Assembly (NCBI GenBank): GCA_965200315.1
Contig: OZ241362.1
Span: 736,001-800,000, forward strand
Reading direction: 5' to 3'
Length of the DNA: 64,000 bases
Source of the DNA: Candidatus Latescibacterota bacterium
GTDB taxonomy: Bacteria > Latescibacterota > UBA2968 > UBA8231
Under the pieces are notes generated by a model, which made no database searches, was not told the DNA's origin, and saw nothing but the letters and a program-made list of their open reading frames with translations. Positions 9,836-18,855 of the stretch are shown here, one piece after another; position 1 is the stretch's first letter, and each line of letters starts with the position of its first letter. A program made the translations under genes and the position numbers.

Positions 9836-10633
9836 TCAATCTACTAGGTTAAAAAGCGGCGCGACCCCGCCGAACATCCCCGGAAAGCGGAACACGGCCT
9901 CTTCCTGGTCGCGGATGCGGTCGAGGACCGCTTCGTTGAGCAAGGTGCGCTGGCGGTCGAAAAGGGCTTGTTCTGCTGAGACCGCGTACGAACCTGCGCA
10001 CCGCGCAAGCTCTTGTGCGGCGGCAATTTCAGGATCACCGGCCAGCTTTTCCGCCATCGTCCCGAAGAAGCGTTTTAGCAGCGGCCGATGTCCGCCGGCG
10101 GACGCTCGTGCAGCCGCCGCGTCAAAGGCGGCGTGGCACTTCACCAGCCGCTCGCGCCAGTCGCTGGGCACCTCGCCATCGAGGATGAAGGGCGCAGCGT
10201 GCCCCAGCAGCGGCGTGCGGTCTTCGGTCTGGAAAGCCACGAGTACGCAATGGTGCTCCAAGGGGCGGGCGCGGAACCGAACGACGCTCCCCGGCTCAAT
10301 ATCGGCGATCTGACCAGCGGCGAGCGGCTGCACTTTTACCCCGTCCATAGAGAGCACGTCTAAATACGCCTCAGCGCAGAAGTGGGCGATAATATGCTCG
10401 CGCGGCCGCCCTTGTATCCCGCAGCGCCCAAAAGGCAGTGAATACGCCCAATCGCCATCCGGCGCGCCCTCGCCCTCCCCGCGCAACTGACGCAAGGCGA
10501 GACAAAGGCGCTCGGCCTCGCCCGCTGCATCCGTAAGCCGCGGCGCAATCACCCCCACTTCATCCACTTCCACCCGATAAGGCACTCCGTACCCAAACAG
10601 CCGCACCCTCAACGGATCACCCATTTCGTCCAT
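9836..10633 (-). CDS. hypothetical protein
   Basis: 265-aa ORF in co-oriented run; 3' end contains repeat copy 2. Confidence 0.65.
   Translation of the reverse strand: MDEMGDPLRVRLFGYGVPYRVEVDEVGVIAPRLTDAAGEAERLCLALRQLRGEGEGAPDGDWAYSLPFGRCGIQGRPREHIIAHFCAEAYLDVLSMDGVKVQPLAAGQIADIEPGSVVRFRARPLEHHCVLVAFQTEDRTPLLGHAAPFILDGEVPSDWRERLVKCHAAFDAAAARASAGGHRPLLKRFFGTMAEKLAGDPEIAAAQELARCAGSYAVSAEQALFDRQRTLLNEAVLDRIRDQEEAVFRFPGMFGGVAPLFNLVD
9857..9898. repeat. 42-bp direct repeat, copy 2
   Basis: CGGCGCGACCCCGCCGAACATCCCCGGAAAGCGGAACACGGC. Confidence 0.92.
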
Positions 10634-10646
10634 CCTGCCTATCCAT

Positions 10647-10704
10647 ATAAATCACAGTAACTCCATCCTGTCCATCCCATAAATCCCATAAATCACAGTA
10701 ACTC
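10647..10704. repeat. 2 x 17-bp direct repeat with CCATAAATC/CATCCTG sub-repeats
   Basis: ATAAATCACAGTAACTC at 10647 and 10688. Confidence 0.8.
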
Positions 10705-11967
10705 TTCGGCGCACTCGGCCACCTTGCGGAAGGCCGTGGCGTATTGCTCGATGATTGTGGCGTCGTAGTGCTTAAACCACGGAATCGAATAGATGCGGCC
10801 GGTCATGCGCTCAGAAACCGGCAGACTGCCCGGCCCCTGCCGCAGGTCGCGGTTGGAATGGGCGATGCGCGTGGGTTGGCCGTGTCCGTAGATATCGGCC
10901 TCGTTGAGCACTGGGTGCAGGTGCATCAGCTCATTGGCACCTCGCATGATCCTATACGCCCCGGTCTCGGCCGTGACCGCCGCGCAGAAGCGCTCGACCG
11001 GCAGACCGCCTAGTTCCTCGGGCACGTATAACCCCTTGGCCGCATACCATCCGCCCATGGTCGAACCGCTGTCAGCCGGAGGGCGATGCGCCTTGATCCC
11101 CGGGACGCCTTCAAGCAGGTCCCAGAAGTAATTCATCGCCCGCTGGATCTCCTGCATCCGCTCGTCGTAGTGCTTTAGCTGGGTGCGGCCCACCGCCGAA
11201 GACAACTGATGCATCCGGTATTTGTATCCGCCCAGCGGCATCCCGGCAAAAGGCCGCAGCGCGGGATTTTCTAGGGAGCGAGTGCGCTCGTAATGCCCAA
11301 AAGCCGCAGCGCGCTCGTATAGGGCTTGGTCGTCGGTGACCACAAAGCCCCCCTCGCCGCAGGCCAGCGACTTGCCCGACATAATCGACATCGCACCGAT
11401 GTGGCCGATGGTGCCCAAAAGCCGCCCCTTGTAGCGGCCTCCTTGGGCATGGGAGACATCTTCAATCACCTTCAGCTCGTGCTGCTCGGCAATGTCCATG
11501 ATCGGATCCATATCGGCTGGATAGGCGCAGTAATGCACCGGGACAATAGCCTTCGTCCGCTCGGTAATGCGGTGCTCAATGTCGCTGGGGTCCATCGTCA
11601 GGGTGTCGGGGTCAATCTCGGAGAACACCACCGTGCCCCCCAGTGAGAATACCTGGAGCGACGTGCCCCAAAAGGTCATGCTCTGCGAGATAACCTCGTC
11701 GCCAACGCCGACGCCACAGGCCCACAGTGCGGCTTGGATTGCTGAGGTGCCCGTGTTGTGGCAGAGGGCATACTGCAAGCCAAAGTAGGACTTCAGGTCC
11801 TCTTCAAAGGCCAAAGTTACGTCCCCGCCCGACATCGCCCCGCGACGCAGCACGTCCAGCACGGCCGCCTCGTCCTCGGCGGTAATGATCGGCCAACGGA
11901 AAATATCGCCTTCGTCAGCGGTGACGGCCTTGGGGCCGCCGCAGAAAGCCAACTTGCTCATCGCCAT
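10693..11967 (-). CDS. DegT/DnrJ/EryC1/StrS aminotransferase
   Basis: IEDVSHAQG, SIMSGKSLACGEGG (PLP lysine). Confidence 0.9.
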   Translation of the reverse strand: MAMSKLAFCGGPKAVTADEGDIFRWPIITAEDEAAVLDVLRRGAMSGGDVTLAFEEDLKSYFGLQYALCHNTGTSAIQAALWACGVGVGDEVISQSMTFWGTSLQVFSLGGTVVFSEIDPDTLTMDPSDIEHRITERTKAIVPVHYCAYPADMDPIMDIAEQHELKVIEDVSHAQGGRYKGRLLGTIGHIGAMSIMSGKSLACGEGGFVVTDDQALYERAAAFGHYERTRSLENPALRPFAGMPLGGYKYRMHQLSSAVGRTQLKHYDERMQEIQRAMNYFWDLLEGVPGIKAHRPPADSGSTMGGWYAAKGLYVPEELGGLPVERFCAAVTAETGAYRIMRGANELMHLHPVLNEADIYGHGQPTRIAHSNRDLRQGPGSLPVSERMTGRIYSIPWFKHYDATIIEQYATAFRKVAECAEELL

Positions 11968-11991
11968 ACTATGCTCTCTATACGCGATACG

Positions 11992-13005
11992 CTAAGAACC
12001 TGTAATTTTGCGTAGCCGCGCCTGCGTTGGCATGTAGTTGCTCTCCCACACCTGCTGCACTACCCCATCGGCGATATAGGCCAAGCGCGGAAAGCCGTGG
12101 CCAAAGGTCAAGCGCCGAAAGTCCGTCACCGATATGGTGGCAATGTCAAACCGCGGTTGCAACTGCTTCTTGAAGTCGATCACTTGCGGTGCATCCTGCG
12201 CGAAACTCGTCAGGGCGATGAGCCGCGGCAACTGGGAGTCTTGGGCGAGGACGTTCATCTTGGGCACTGCATTTTTGCAGTGGCCGCACGTGGGGCTGAA
12301 CAATTCGATCAAGTATTCGCCCTGCAGCAAATCCACATCCACGCCTTTAAGTGCCAAGCCGGAGAGCCGCACGCCACTTTTGAGGTCCGACTGCGAGATG
12401 CGCTCTAGATCGGGAAAAAACCGCATACCGCCCACCGCCAGTCCGACGACGAGCGATCCTAACACCATCCGATTCGCCAAGGGCCATACAGGTGCGCCAC
12501 CCGTCCCCCACCAATTGGGCCGCCTCGCCCCGGGCGCGGCACTTGCACTGGCTTCGACGTTGGGCTCAGCCGAAACGCGGCGCATTCCCCACCACGCAAA
12601 CAGCAGCACCGCGACCATCACACCATCTTCTATAGCCGCTTCCCCTGGCCCGCGCTCGACGAGGGCACCGAAGCAGCCGCAGTCAATCGAGGCTCCCATG
12701 TGCCAAGCCTTAGCCGTCAGCGCGGTAAACGCGGCCATCAGCACCGTCGCCACCGGCAAGCACAGCCGTGGCTGCCAATTTAGTAGCAGCGCCCAGCCGA
12801 GGCAGAATTCAATCGGCCCCAATACAATGGTCGCCTTGGCAACTGCCGACGCAGGCTCCCATTCCGTCACCCCGATCATCTGCGCATAGGGAATGGCCTC
12901 CCAATAAAAAAGCACTGGCTCCCATATCTTAATCGCCCCAGCGACGAGATACACGACTCCGATAACCATCTGGCCGACGCGTGCGGCCTTGCTTATGCCG
13001 TCCAT
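11992..13005 (-). CDS. MauE/DoxX membrane protein fused to thioredoxin-like domain
   Basis: Hydrophobic N-half with DCGCFG; C-terminal CGHC. Confidence 0.75.
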   Translation of the reverse strand: MDGISKAARVGQMVIGVVYLVAGAIKIWEPVLFYWEAIPYAQMIGVTEWEPASAVAKATIVLGPIEFCLGWALLLNWQPRLCLPVATVLMAAFTALTAKAWHMGASIDCGCFGALVERGPGEAAIEDGVMVAVLLFAWWGMRRVSAEPNVEASASAAPGARRPNWWGTGGAPVWPLANRMVLGSLVVGLAVGGMRFFPDLERISQSDLKSGVRLSGLALKGVDVDLLQGEYLIELFSPTCGHCKNAVPKMNVLAQDSQLPRLIALTSFAQDAPQVIDFKKQLQPRFDIATISVTDFRRLTFGHGFPRLAYIADGVVQQVWESNYMPTQARLRKITGS

Positions 13006-13017
13006 AATAAGTGCTCC

Positions 13018-16000
13018 TCAGTTGGTCAATTCGGCGAACACGGCCGAGAATACGCGCCGCGTCTGCCGCATCCGTGATTCCACTTCGTCTTGGAAGGCTG
13101 CTACGTCTTTGGCGCCAAGGGCGCGGCTCAATATCTCTAGCTCGCGGCCGATTGGCAGGGCGTCGCTGGCCCTTTCGCTGGCGAGCCTCATGCCCTTTTC
13201 CACGGCCCGCAGATACTCGTACGCATCGAGGAGAAAGTGCCCCCGCTCTCGGTCTAAACAGCCCTGCTCGACGAGTAATTGCAGCGCACGTCTCGTGCTA
13301 CCCACGCGCAAGTCCCGGTCCCGATAGCCCCACTTCAGCACCAGGACCTGCGCCACAAATTCTATATCGACGATGCCGCCTGGGCCGCGCTTGATATTGA
13401 CGCGCGTTTGGCGCCTGCCCTGCGGCTCCATCCGCTGGCGCATCTCCTGCATCTGCACGGCCAGCCCTGCGTCCGCTTCCCGGCTGTACACGAAGCGCTC
13501 AATCGCCCGCAAGACCCGCGCACCAAACTCGGCATCGCCGGCCACTTGGCGGGCGCGACTCAGCGCCATCCGCTCCCAAGTGGCCGCCCGCTGTGCCAAG
13601 TAGCGGCGGTAGCCGACCAGCGAGATGGCCATGGGAGCGCTGGCCCCTTCGGGCCGCAGTCGCGCATCCACCGAATACAGCCCTCCTTCGGCTAACAGGG
13701 CGATCAGACGCTGGCTGAACTCGGTAAAAAATACGCTATTAGGCACGCCGCGGCGCGTCTTGCCATCGCCTTCGTACACGAAAAACAAATCCAAATCCGA
13801 GCCAAAATCCACCTCGCGGCCCCCAAACTTGCCGCCGGCCAATACGGCGAACCGCACGTCGCGGCCCTGTCGGTTGCGCGGCTTGCCCCACCGCCGCACC
13901 AACGGCCCCCAAGCCAGCCGATAGACCGCTTGCAACACGTCTTCACCCAACTCCGTTAGCCGCAGGAAAGTCTCCTCCTCGGTCGCCAAGCCCATCAGGT
14001 CATCGGCCCCAATCCTCAGGAGGGATTTGTTCTGCATCCGTGCGATGGCGTGCAAATCGCCGCGTACCGGGCCAGACTCCAAGCCCCAGTCAGCCTGACC
14101 AACTAAGCTGTCGAGCAGAGCCGGGTCGCGGCGCAAAAGGTCCGCGAGAAAGCGACTCGATCCACAAATGGAAATGAGCAAGGTGCGAAAGCCTGTATGC
14201 TCTTGCAACAAGGAGTACAAAGCACCCGGCGCACCATACGCCTCAACGAGCTGGGTGAAGCGCAAGAGCCCTTGGTCTGGGTCGGGAGCGGCGGCCAAGG
14301 AATTGAGCAATTCCGGCAGCAGGGCCTCAAAGTGGGCACGTCCCCCGCTCAGCAACAGGCCCATGGCCGCTAGCCGCTGCAAGCGGCGGTGTGCGGCGGC
14401 CCCATCGACAAAGCCCCGCTCCACCAAGTCGGCTTTTGCCGCCGTGCTGCCGTTTTCGACTTCTAACAGCCACGTCGGCGAGCGCGGCACCGCTGTGTCG
14501 CCGTAAAACAGCGCGGCAAACAGCCGGCGTACCCGCAACCGGTGTCCGGCGAGCGCGGAGCTAAACGCCCGCGCATCTTCATACCCCATGACCAAGGCCA
14601 AGGCCCGCAAGGCTTGTGCATCTTCTGGGACTGCGTAGTCGGGTCGGCCAGAGGCGATTTGCAACAGATTTTCAACGCGGCGAAAAAACTCGTACGCGTT
14701 TTTTAGGGCGCTGGCTTCTGCCGCGGTCAAGGCCGCCTTCATCGCACCTTTAGGCGAGACCACCTCGGCCAAACAGTCAATAGCGGCCAGCGTGTTGTGG
14801 TTGCGCACTTGGGGCTGGATGCCCCCGTAGAGTAGCTGTAAGCACTGGACGATGAATTCGATGTCGCGGATCCCGCCCGCTTGTAGCTTGATGTTGTTCT
14901 CACCACGGGGGCGCTCGCGGATGCTCGCCTCAATCCGCTCCTTGATGCGGCGGATTTCCTCGTGCGGTGCCGAGTGGAAGTGGGCCGGACAAATAAAGGG
15001 CCGGAGCATGGCCGCGTATTGCTCCCCCAGCGTCCGCGATCCCGCCACGCGCCGGGCCTTGATCAGCATCTGCCGCTCCCACAGTTCACCGCGCGTCTCG
15101 TAATACCTCCAACTGGCGCGCAACGAGTGGGTCAAGGTGCCGCTCGAACCCTCGGGACGCAGCCGCATATCGACTCGGTAGAAAAACCCTTCCTTGGTTG
15201 CTTCGGTCAGCACGTGGACTAAGCGCTGGCCCAAGCGGCGGAAAAACTCGCTGTTCTCCAGCGGCGTTCCCTCCCCATCAGGTTGGGTCTCGCCCTCGCC
15301 ATCCCACACGAAAATTAGGTCAATGTCCGAGCTGTAGTTTAACTCCTGCCCGCCGTATTTGCCCAAGCCGACGACGAGAAAGCGCGCCGGGCGACCGCGC
15401 TCGTCCAGTGGTCGACCGTGCTCCTGCCACAAGTCGTGCTGGCATGTTTCAAGGGCCAACTCAACCACCACATCGGCTAAGTCGGCCAGCTCTTTTCCAA
15501 TCTGTGCAACCGGCTTAGTGCCGAGGATTTCGGCGGCACCAATGCGCAAAATCTCGCGCCTATGCACCCGCCGCAACACCTCCAAACGCTCATCAAACTC
15601 GGAGACATGACCGATATCGGTGCGCAAAATCTGCCGTAGGGTATTCCTCTCTAGTGGCTCGACTAAGTGCGGAGTCTCGACCAACAGCCACAATAGGAAC
15701 TCGAAATCGCGCACCAAAATGTCGGCGAGAAAGGTGCTGTGGCTCACGACTTGCACCAATCGCTGACACAGAATGGGATCGGCCTCTAAATGAGAGAAAA
15801 GCTCTAGCGGGCCGTATGCTACAGCCAAGCGCAGCAACTGCCGCAGCCCCTCGTCCGGCCAGCCCGTCGCAGCCAGTTCGGCCAACGCGAGGGCCGGCAA
15901 CGGCGCGGATTGCGGCGGGCCACCGATCCGGTCCAAGGCCTCTAGGGCTTGGACCGGATCGGCAAAACCCAATTGCTCTAGGGGATCGAGGGCTTTAGCC

Positions 16001-16047
16001 GCGTCGGTGGTAAGCGCGAGACGGGCCAGTTCCAATGCGGTGGGCAC
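13018..16047 (-). CDS. glnE: glutamine synthetase adenylyltransferase/adenylyl-removing enzyme
   Basis: Two NTase domains: GKYGGQELNYSSDIDL/VDMRLRPEG and GKFGGREVDFGSDLDL/VDARLRPEG. Confidence 0.92.
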   Translation of the reverse strand: MPTALELARLALTTDAAKALDPLEQLGFADPVQALEALDRIGGPPQSAPLPALALAELAATGWPDEGLRQLLRLAVAYGPLELFSHLEADPILCQRLVQVVSHSTFLADILVRDFEFLLWLLVETPHLVEPLERNTLRQILRTDIGHVSEFDERLEVLRRVHRREILRIGAAEILGTKPVAQIGKELADLADVVVELALETCQHDLWQEHGRPLDERGRPARFLVVGLGKYGGQELNYSSDIDLIFVWDGEGETQPDGEGTPLENSEFFRRLGQRLVHVLTEATKEGFFYRVDMRLRPEGSSGTLTHSLRASWRYYETRGELWERQMLIKARRVAGSRTLGEQYAAMLRPFICPAHFHSAPHEEIRRIKERIEASIRERPRGENNIKLQAGGIRDIEFIVQCLQLLYGGIQPQVRNHNTLAAIDCLAEVVSPKGAMKAALTAAEASALKNAYEFFRRVENLLQIASGRPDYAVPEDAQALRALALVMGYEDARAFSSALAGHRLRVRRLFAALFYGDTAVPRSPTWLLEVENGSTAAKADLVERGFVDGAAAHRRLQRLAAMGLLLSGGRAHFEALLPELLNSLAAAPDPDQGLLRFTQLVEAYGAPGALYSLLQEHTGFRTLLISICGSSRFLADLLRRDPALLDSLVGQADWGLESGPVRGDLHAIARMQNKSLLRIGADDLMGLATEEETFLRLTELGEDVLQAVYRLAWGPLVRRWGKPRNRQGRDVRFAVLAGGKFGGREVDFGSDLDLFFVYEGDGKTRRGVPNSVFFTEFSQRLIALLAEGGLYSVDARLRPEGASAPMAISLVGYRRYLAQRAATWERMALSRARQVAGDAEFGARVLRAIERFVYSREADAGLAVQMQEMRQRMEPQGRRQTRVNIKRGPGGIVDIEFVAQVLVLKWGYRDRDLRVGSTRRALQLLVEQGCLDRERGHFLLDAYEYLRAVEKGMRLASERASDALPIGRELEILSRALGAKDVAAFQDEVESRMRQTRRVFSAVFAELTN

Positions 16048-16056
16048 TACCGGACT

Positions 16057-16395
16057 TCAGAGGGCGGTTTCGCCGGTTTCGCCGGTGCGGATGCGGATGG
16101 CCTCGACCAGTTCGGAAACGAAAATTTTGCCGTCGCCGACCTCGCCGGTGGCAGCCGACTGCATAATGGCCTCCACTGCTTCGTCGAGTTGGCCATCGCC
16201 AACGGCCAATTCAATGCGAATTTTGGGCATGAAATCAAGCTGATACTCGGCACCGCGGTAGATTTCGCTGTGCCCGCGCTGGCGACCGCAGCCGCGCACC
16301 TCGCTAACGGACATGCCGACGAGACCAATCGCGGCTAGGGATTGTTTGACCTCGTCGAGTTTGAAGGGCTTGATAAAAGCCACGATGTTTTTCAC
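16057..16395 (-). CDS. glnB: nitrogen regulatory protein P-II
   Basis: 112 aa; IKPFKLDEV, YRGAEY, GDGKIFV. Confidence 0.95.
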   Translation of the reverse strand: MKNIVAFIKPFKLDEVKQSLAAIGLVGMSVSEVRGCGRQRGHSEIYRGAEYQLDFMPKIRIELAVGDGQLDEAVEAIMQSAATGEVGDGKIFVSELVEAIRIRTGETGETAL

Positions 16396-16405
16396 GATAG
16401 CCCTC

Positions 16406-17035
16406 TCAACGAGGCGAAAAGCGGGGCTTGCGGCCGTAGCTTATGCCGCCAGCACCAGCTACGGGCATCGGGGCCACGTCGAGGGGCTTTTGTTGGCTGC
16501 CGTGGATGGGGCCGATGCAACTGGCTGGGATTTCTTCGGTCAGCACGACCGCGCCGCGGGCAAAAAAGCGACAGCCCTCCTCGTGGGCCTTGGCCGCGAG
16601 AATCTCCACTACGCAGGGGGTGTCGCGTTGGTGACTGTGCGACTCGGCCGCCTCGTGCGTCAGCGACAGATGCACGTAGTAGCGATCGCCTGGGGAAATG
16701 CCCTCGCGGGTAAAGCGCTGGGCGGCACTGCGAGTCGTGCCCATGTAGAGTCGCTCGGGCGGTGGGTCCATAGGCTCGCCGTCCATATCGACGAAAAAAC
16801 TGTGTCCGTATAGCGCGCGAATGCCGAACTCGTTCAGTTCAAAGCGATACTGCCTTGGGGCTTTGACGAGATCGACGACATCGGCTTCGGTCACCTCTGC
16901 GTAGCGTTCTTGTACTCCTTGTACTACCTGATCCAACGGCGCATAGCCGTAAGCATCAATCTCCAGTCCAAATTCGTCGGGCCGATGCCTGAGCATCAGC
17001 GAAAGCAACTTGGAAATACGACTTGTATTGGCCAC
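16406..17035 (-). CDS. kptA: RNA 2'-phosphotransferase Tpt1/KptA
   Basis: SKLLSLMLRH, RF, IRALYGHS, RYYVHLS motifs. Confidence 0.85.
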   Translation of the reverse strand: MANTSRISKLLSLMLRHRPDEFGLEIDAYGYAPLDQVVQGVQERYAEVTEADVVDLVKAPRQYRFELNEFGIRALYGHSFFVDMDGEPMDPPPERLYMGTTRSAAQRFTREGISPGDRYYVHLSLTHEAAESHSHQRDTPCVVEILAAKAHEEGCRFFARGAVVLTEEIPASCIGPIHGSQQKPLDVAPMPVAGAGGISYGRKPRFSPR

Positions 17036-17088
17036 TGCTCATCGCGTCCTTTCAACATTAGCTCGCCGGATCAAAGGCCGGCGCGGTC

Positions 17089-17544
17089 TTAGGGGTTCCA
17101 CTGTGCGCGATAAGTTTTAATGGCTTGGGCAACCGCCTCGTCGGACAAGGCGATGATCTGGGCGGCCAGCATAGCCGCATTGCGGGCATTGTCAATGCCG
17201 ACGGTCGCCACCGGGATACCCGGCGGCATCTGCACGATGGAGTAGAGAGAATCGACTCCACGGAGCGCCCCCGAAGCAATGGGGACTCCGATGACCGGCA
17301 GGGTCGTATGCGCCGCCACCACTCCGGGCAGGGCCGCAGCTAAGCCAGCACCGGCGATGATCACCTCGAGGCCGCGGCCAGCCGCCTCGCTGGCCCAATT
17401 ACTAGTGCGCTCGGGATTGCGGTGGGCCGAAGATACGATCATTTCGTAGCCGATTCCAAGCTCTTCGAGCACCGCCGCCCCCTTGCGCATGATGTCCTCG
17501 TCCGAGGTACTGCCCATGATTACGCCAACGCGAATGTCTGCCAT
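17089..17544 (-). CDS. purE: N5-CAIR mutase
   Basis: [26 protein letters not shown]. Confidence 0.95.
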   Translation of the reverse strand: MADIRVGVIMGSTSDEDIMRKGAAVLEELGIGYEMIVSSAHRNPERTSNWASEAAGRGLEVIIAGAGLAAALPGVVAAHTTLPVIGVPIASGALRGVDSLYSIVQMPPGIPVATVGIDNARNAAMLAAQIIALSDEAVAQAIKTYRAQWNP

Positions 17545-17622
17545 GTAAAAACGTCCTTCCTGCGAATTATAATCGCGCACAGATGTTAAAATAAGCCAAA
17601 TCACCCGTGCGCGACAACTGCC

Positions 17623-18819
17623 CTAAGAAGCATTCATTTTGCGGCGCAGGAAGGTGGGAATGTCCAAATCGCCAACTGCGGGGCGGGCGGGCTCCTCCTG
17701 ATGCTCCTGAGGAATGTTGTGGCCATTGCGCAGATATGTGGGCACCTCCAAGGAAGTGCCTCCATTGCCGAGGAGGACCGGGCTGCCGATGGTCAAAGGA
17801 TCCGCCTCCACGTCCTGCCTTGGCTCCTCTTGAGCGCGGACCGGCAGCTCGGCTTCGCTCTTATTTGTGTTGAAGCCCGTGGCTATGACCGTCACGCGGA
17901 TGTTCTCGGTCAAACTATCGTCAATTACGGTGCCGAAGATGATCTCGGCATCCGAGCCGCTTTCCTCGTTGATCAGCGACATGACCTCGTTGATCTCGTA
18001 GAGCGTGAGATTGGAGTCGCCGGCGATATTGATCAACACGCCCTTGGCACCGGCGATCGACACGTCCTCCAAAAGCGGACTGTTGATCGCCTTGCGAGCG
18101 GCCTCCACGGCTCGCTCTTCGCCGCTGTGCTCTCCGAGGCCCATAATGGCATCGCCGCCCTTGGAAATCACCGTGCGCACGTCGTTGAAGTCGAGATTGA
18201 CCATGCCCGGAATCGTAATCAGATCGGAAATACCACGCGTGGCCTGCATCAGCACTTCATCGGCTTTGAGAAACGCATCTTGGAGCGTGGTGTCTCGGCC
18301 GCAGACTTCTAGCAGGCGCTGGTTTTTGATGGTGATCAGGGTGTCGACTTGGTCCTTTAGCTCGGCAATCCCGCTCTTGGCGTTCTTCATCCGCGGCGAG
18401 CCTTCCATTAGAAAAGGCTCGGTGACAATGCCGACTGTCAGGGCCCCTTGATCGCGGGAAATTTCCGCAACAGTGGACGCGGCTCCCGTACCTGTACCAC
18501 CGCCCATGCCGGCCGTGATAAAGATCAGGTCCGAGTCCTGTAGCTGCTTGGAGACCTTGTCGCGGTCTTCTTCGATGGCTTGCCGTCCCACCTCTGGGTC
18601 TGCACCAGCACCCAAACCCCGCGTGACGCTGCTGCCAATGCAAATGGGGAAGTCAGCCCGCGAGGTCTCCAGCGCCTGCGCATCCGTGTTGACGGCGACG
18701 AATTCGACGCCGTGCATCCCCGATTCGATCATTCGGTTGATGGCATTGCCACCGCTGCCACCAACGCCGACGACCTTAATCCGCGCCCGATGCTCGTTAT
18801 CGATCAACCTAATTGCCAT
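17623..18819 (-). CDS. ftsZ: cell division protein FtsZ
   Basis: GGGTGTG signature; C-terminal LDIPTFLR. Confidence 0.98.
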   Translation of the reverse strand: MAIRLIDNEHRARIKVVGVGGSGGNAINRMIESGMHGVEFVAVNTDAQALETSRADFPICIGSSVTRGLGAGADPEVGRQAIEEDRDKVSKQLQDSDLIFITAGMGGGTGTGAASTVAEISRDQGALTVGIVTEPFLMEGSPRMKNAKSGIAELKDQVDTLITIKNQRLLEVCGRDTTLQDAFLKADEVLMQATRGISDLITIPGMVNLDFNDVRTVISKGGDAIMGLGEHSGEERAVEAARKAINSPLLEDVSIAGAKGVLINIAGDSNLTLYEINEVMSLINEESGSDAEIIFGTVIDDSLTENIRVTVIATGFNTNKSEAELPVRAQEEPRQDVEADPLTIGSPVLLGNGGTSLEVPTYLRNGHNIPQEHQEEPARPAVGDLDIPTFLRRKMNAS

Positions 18820-18855
18820 AATTACTCCTCCTTGATTTTGGGACCAGCACCGCCG

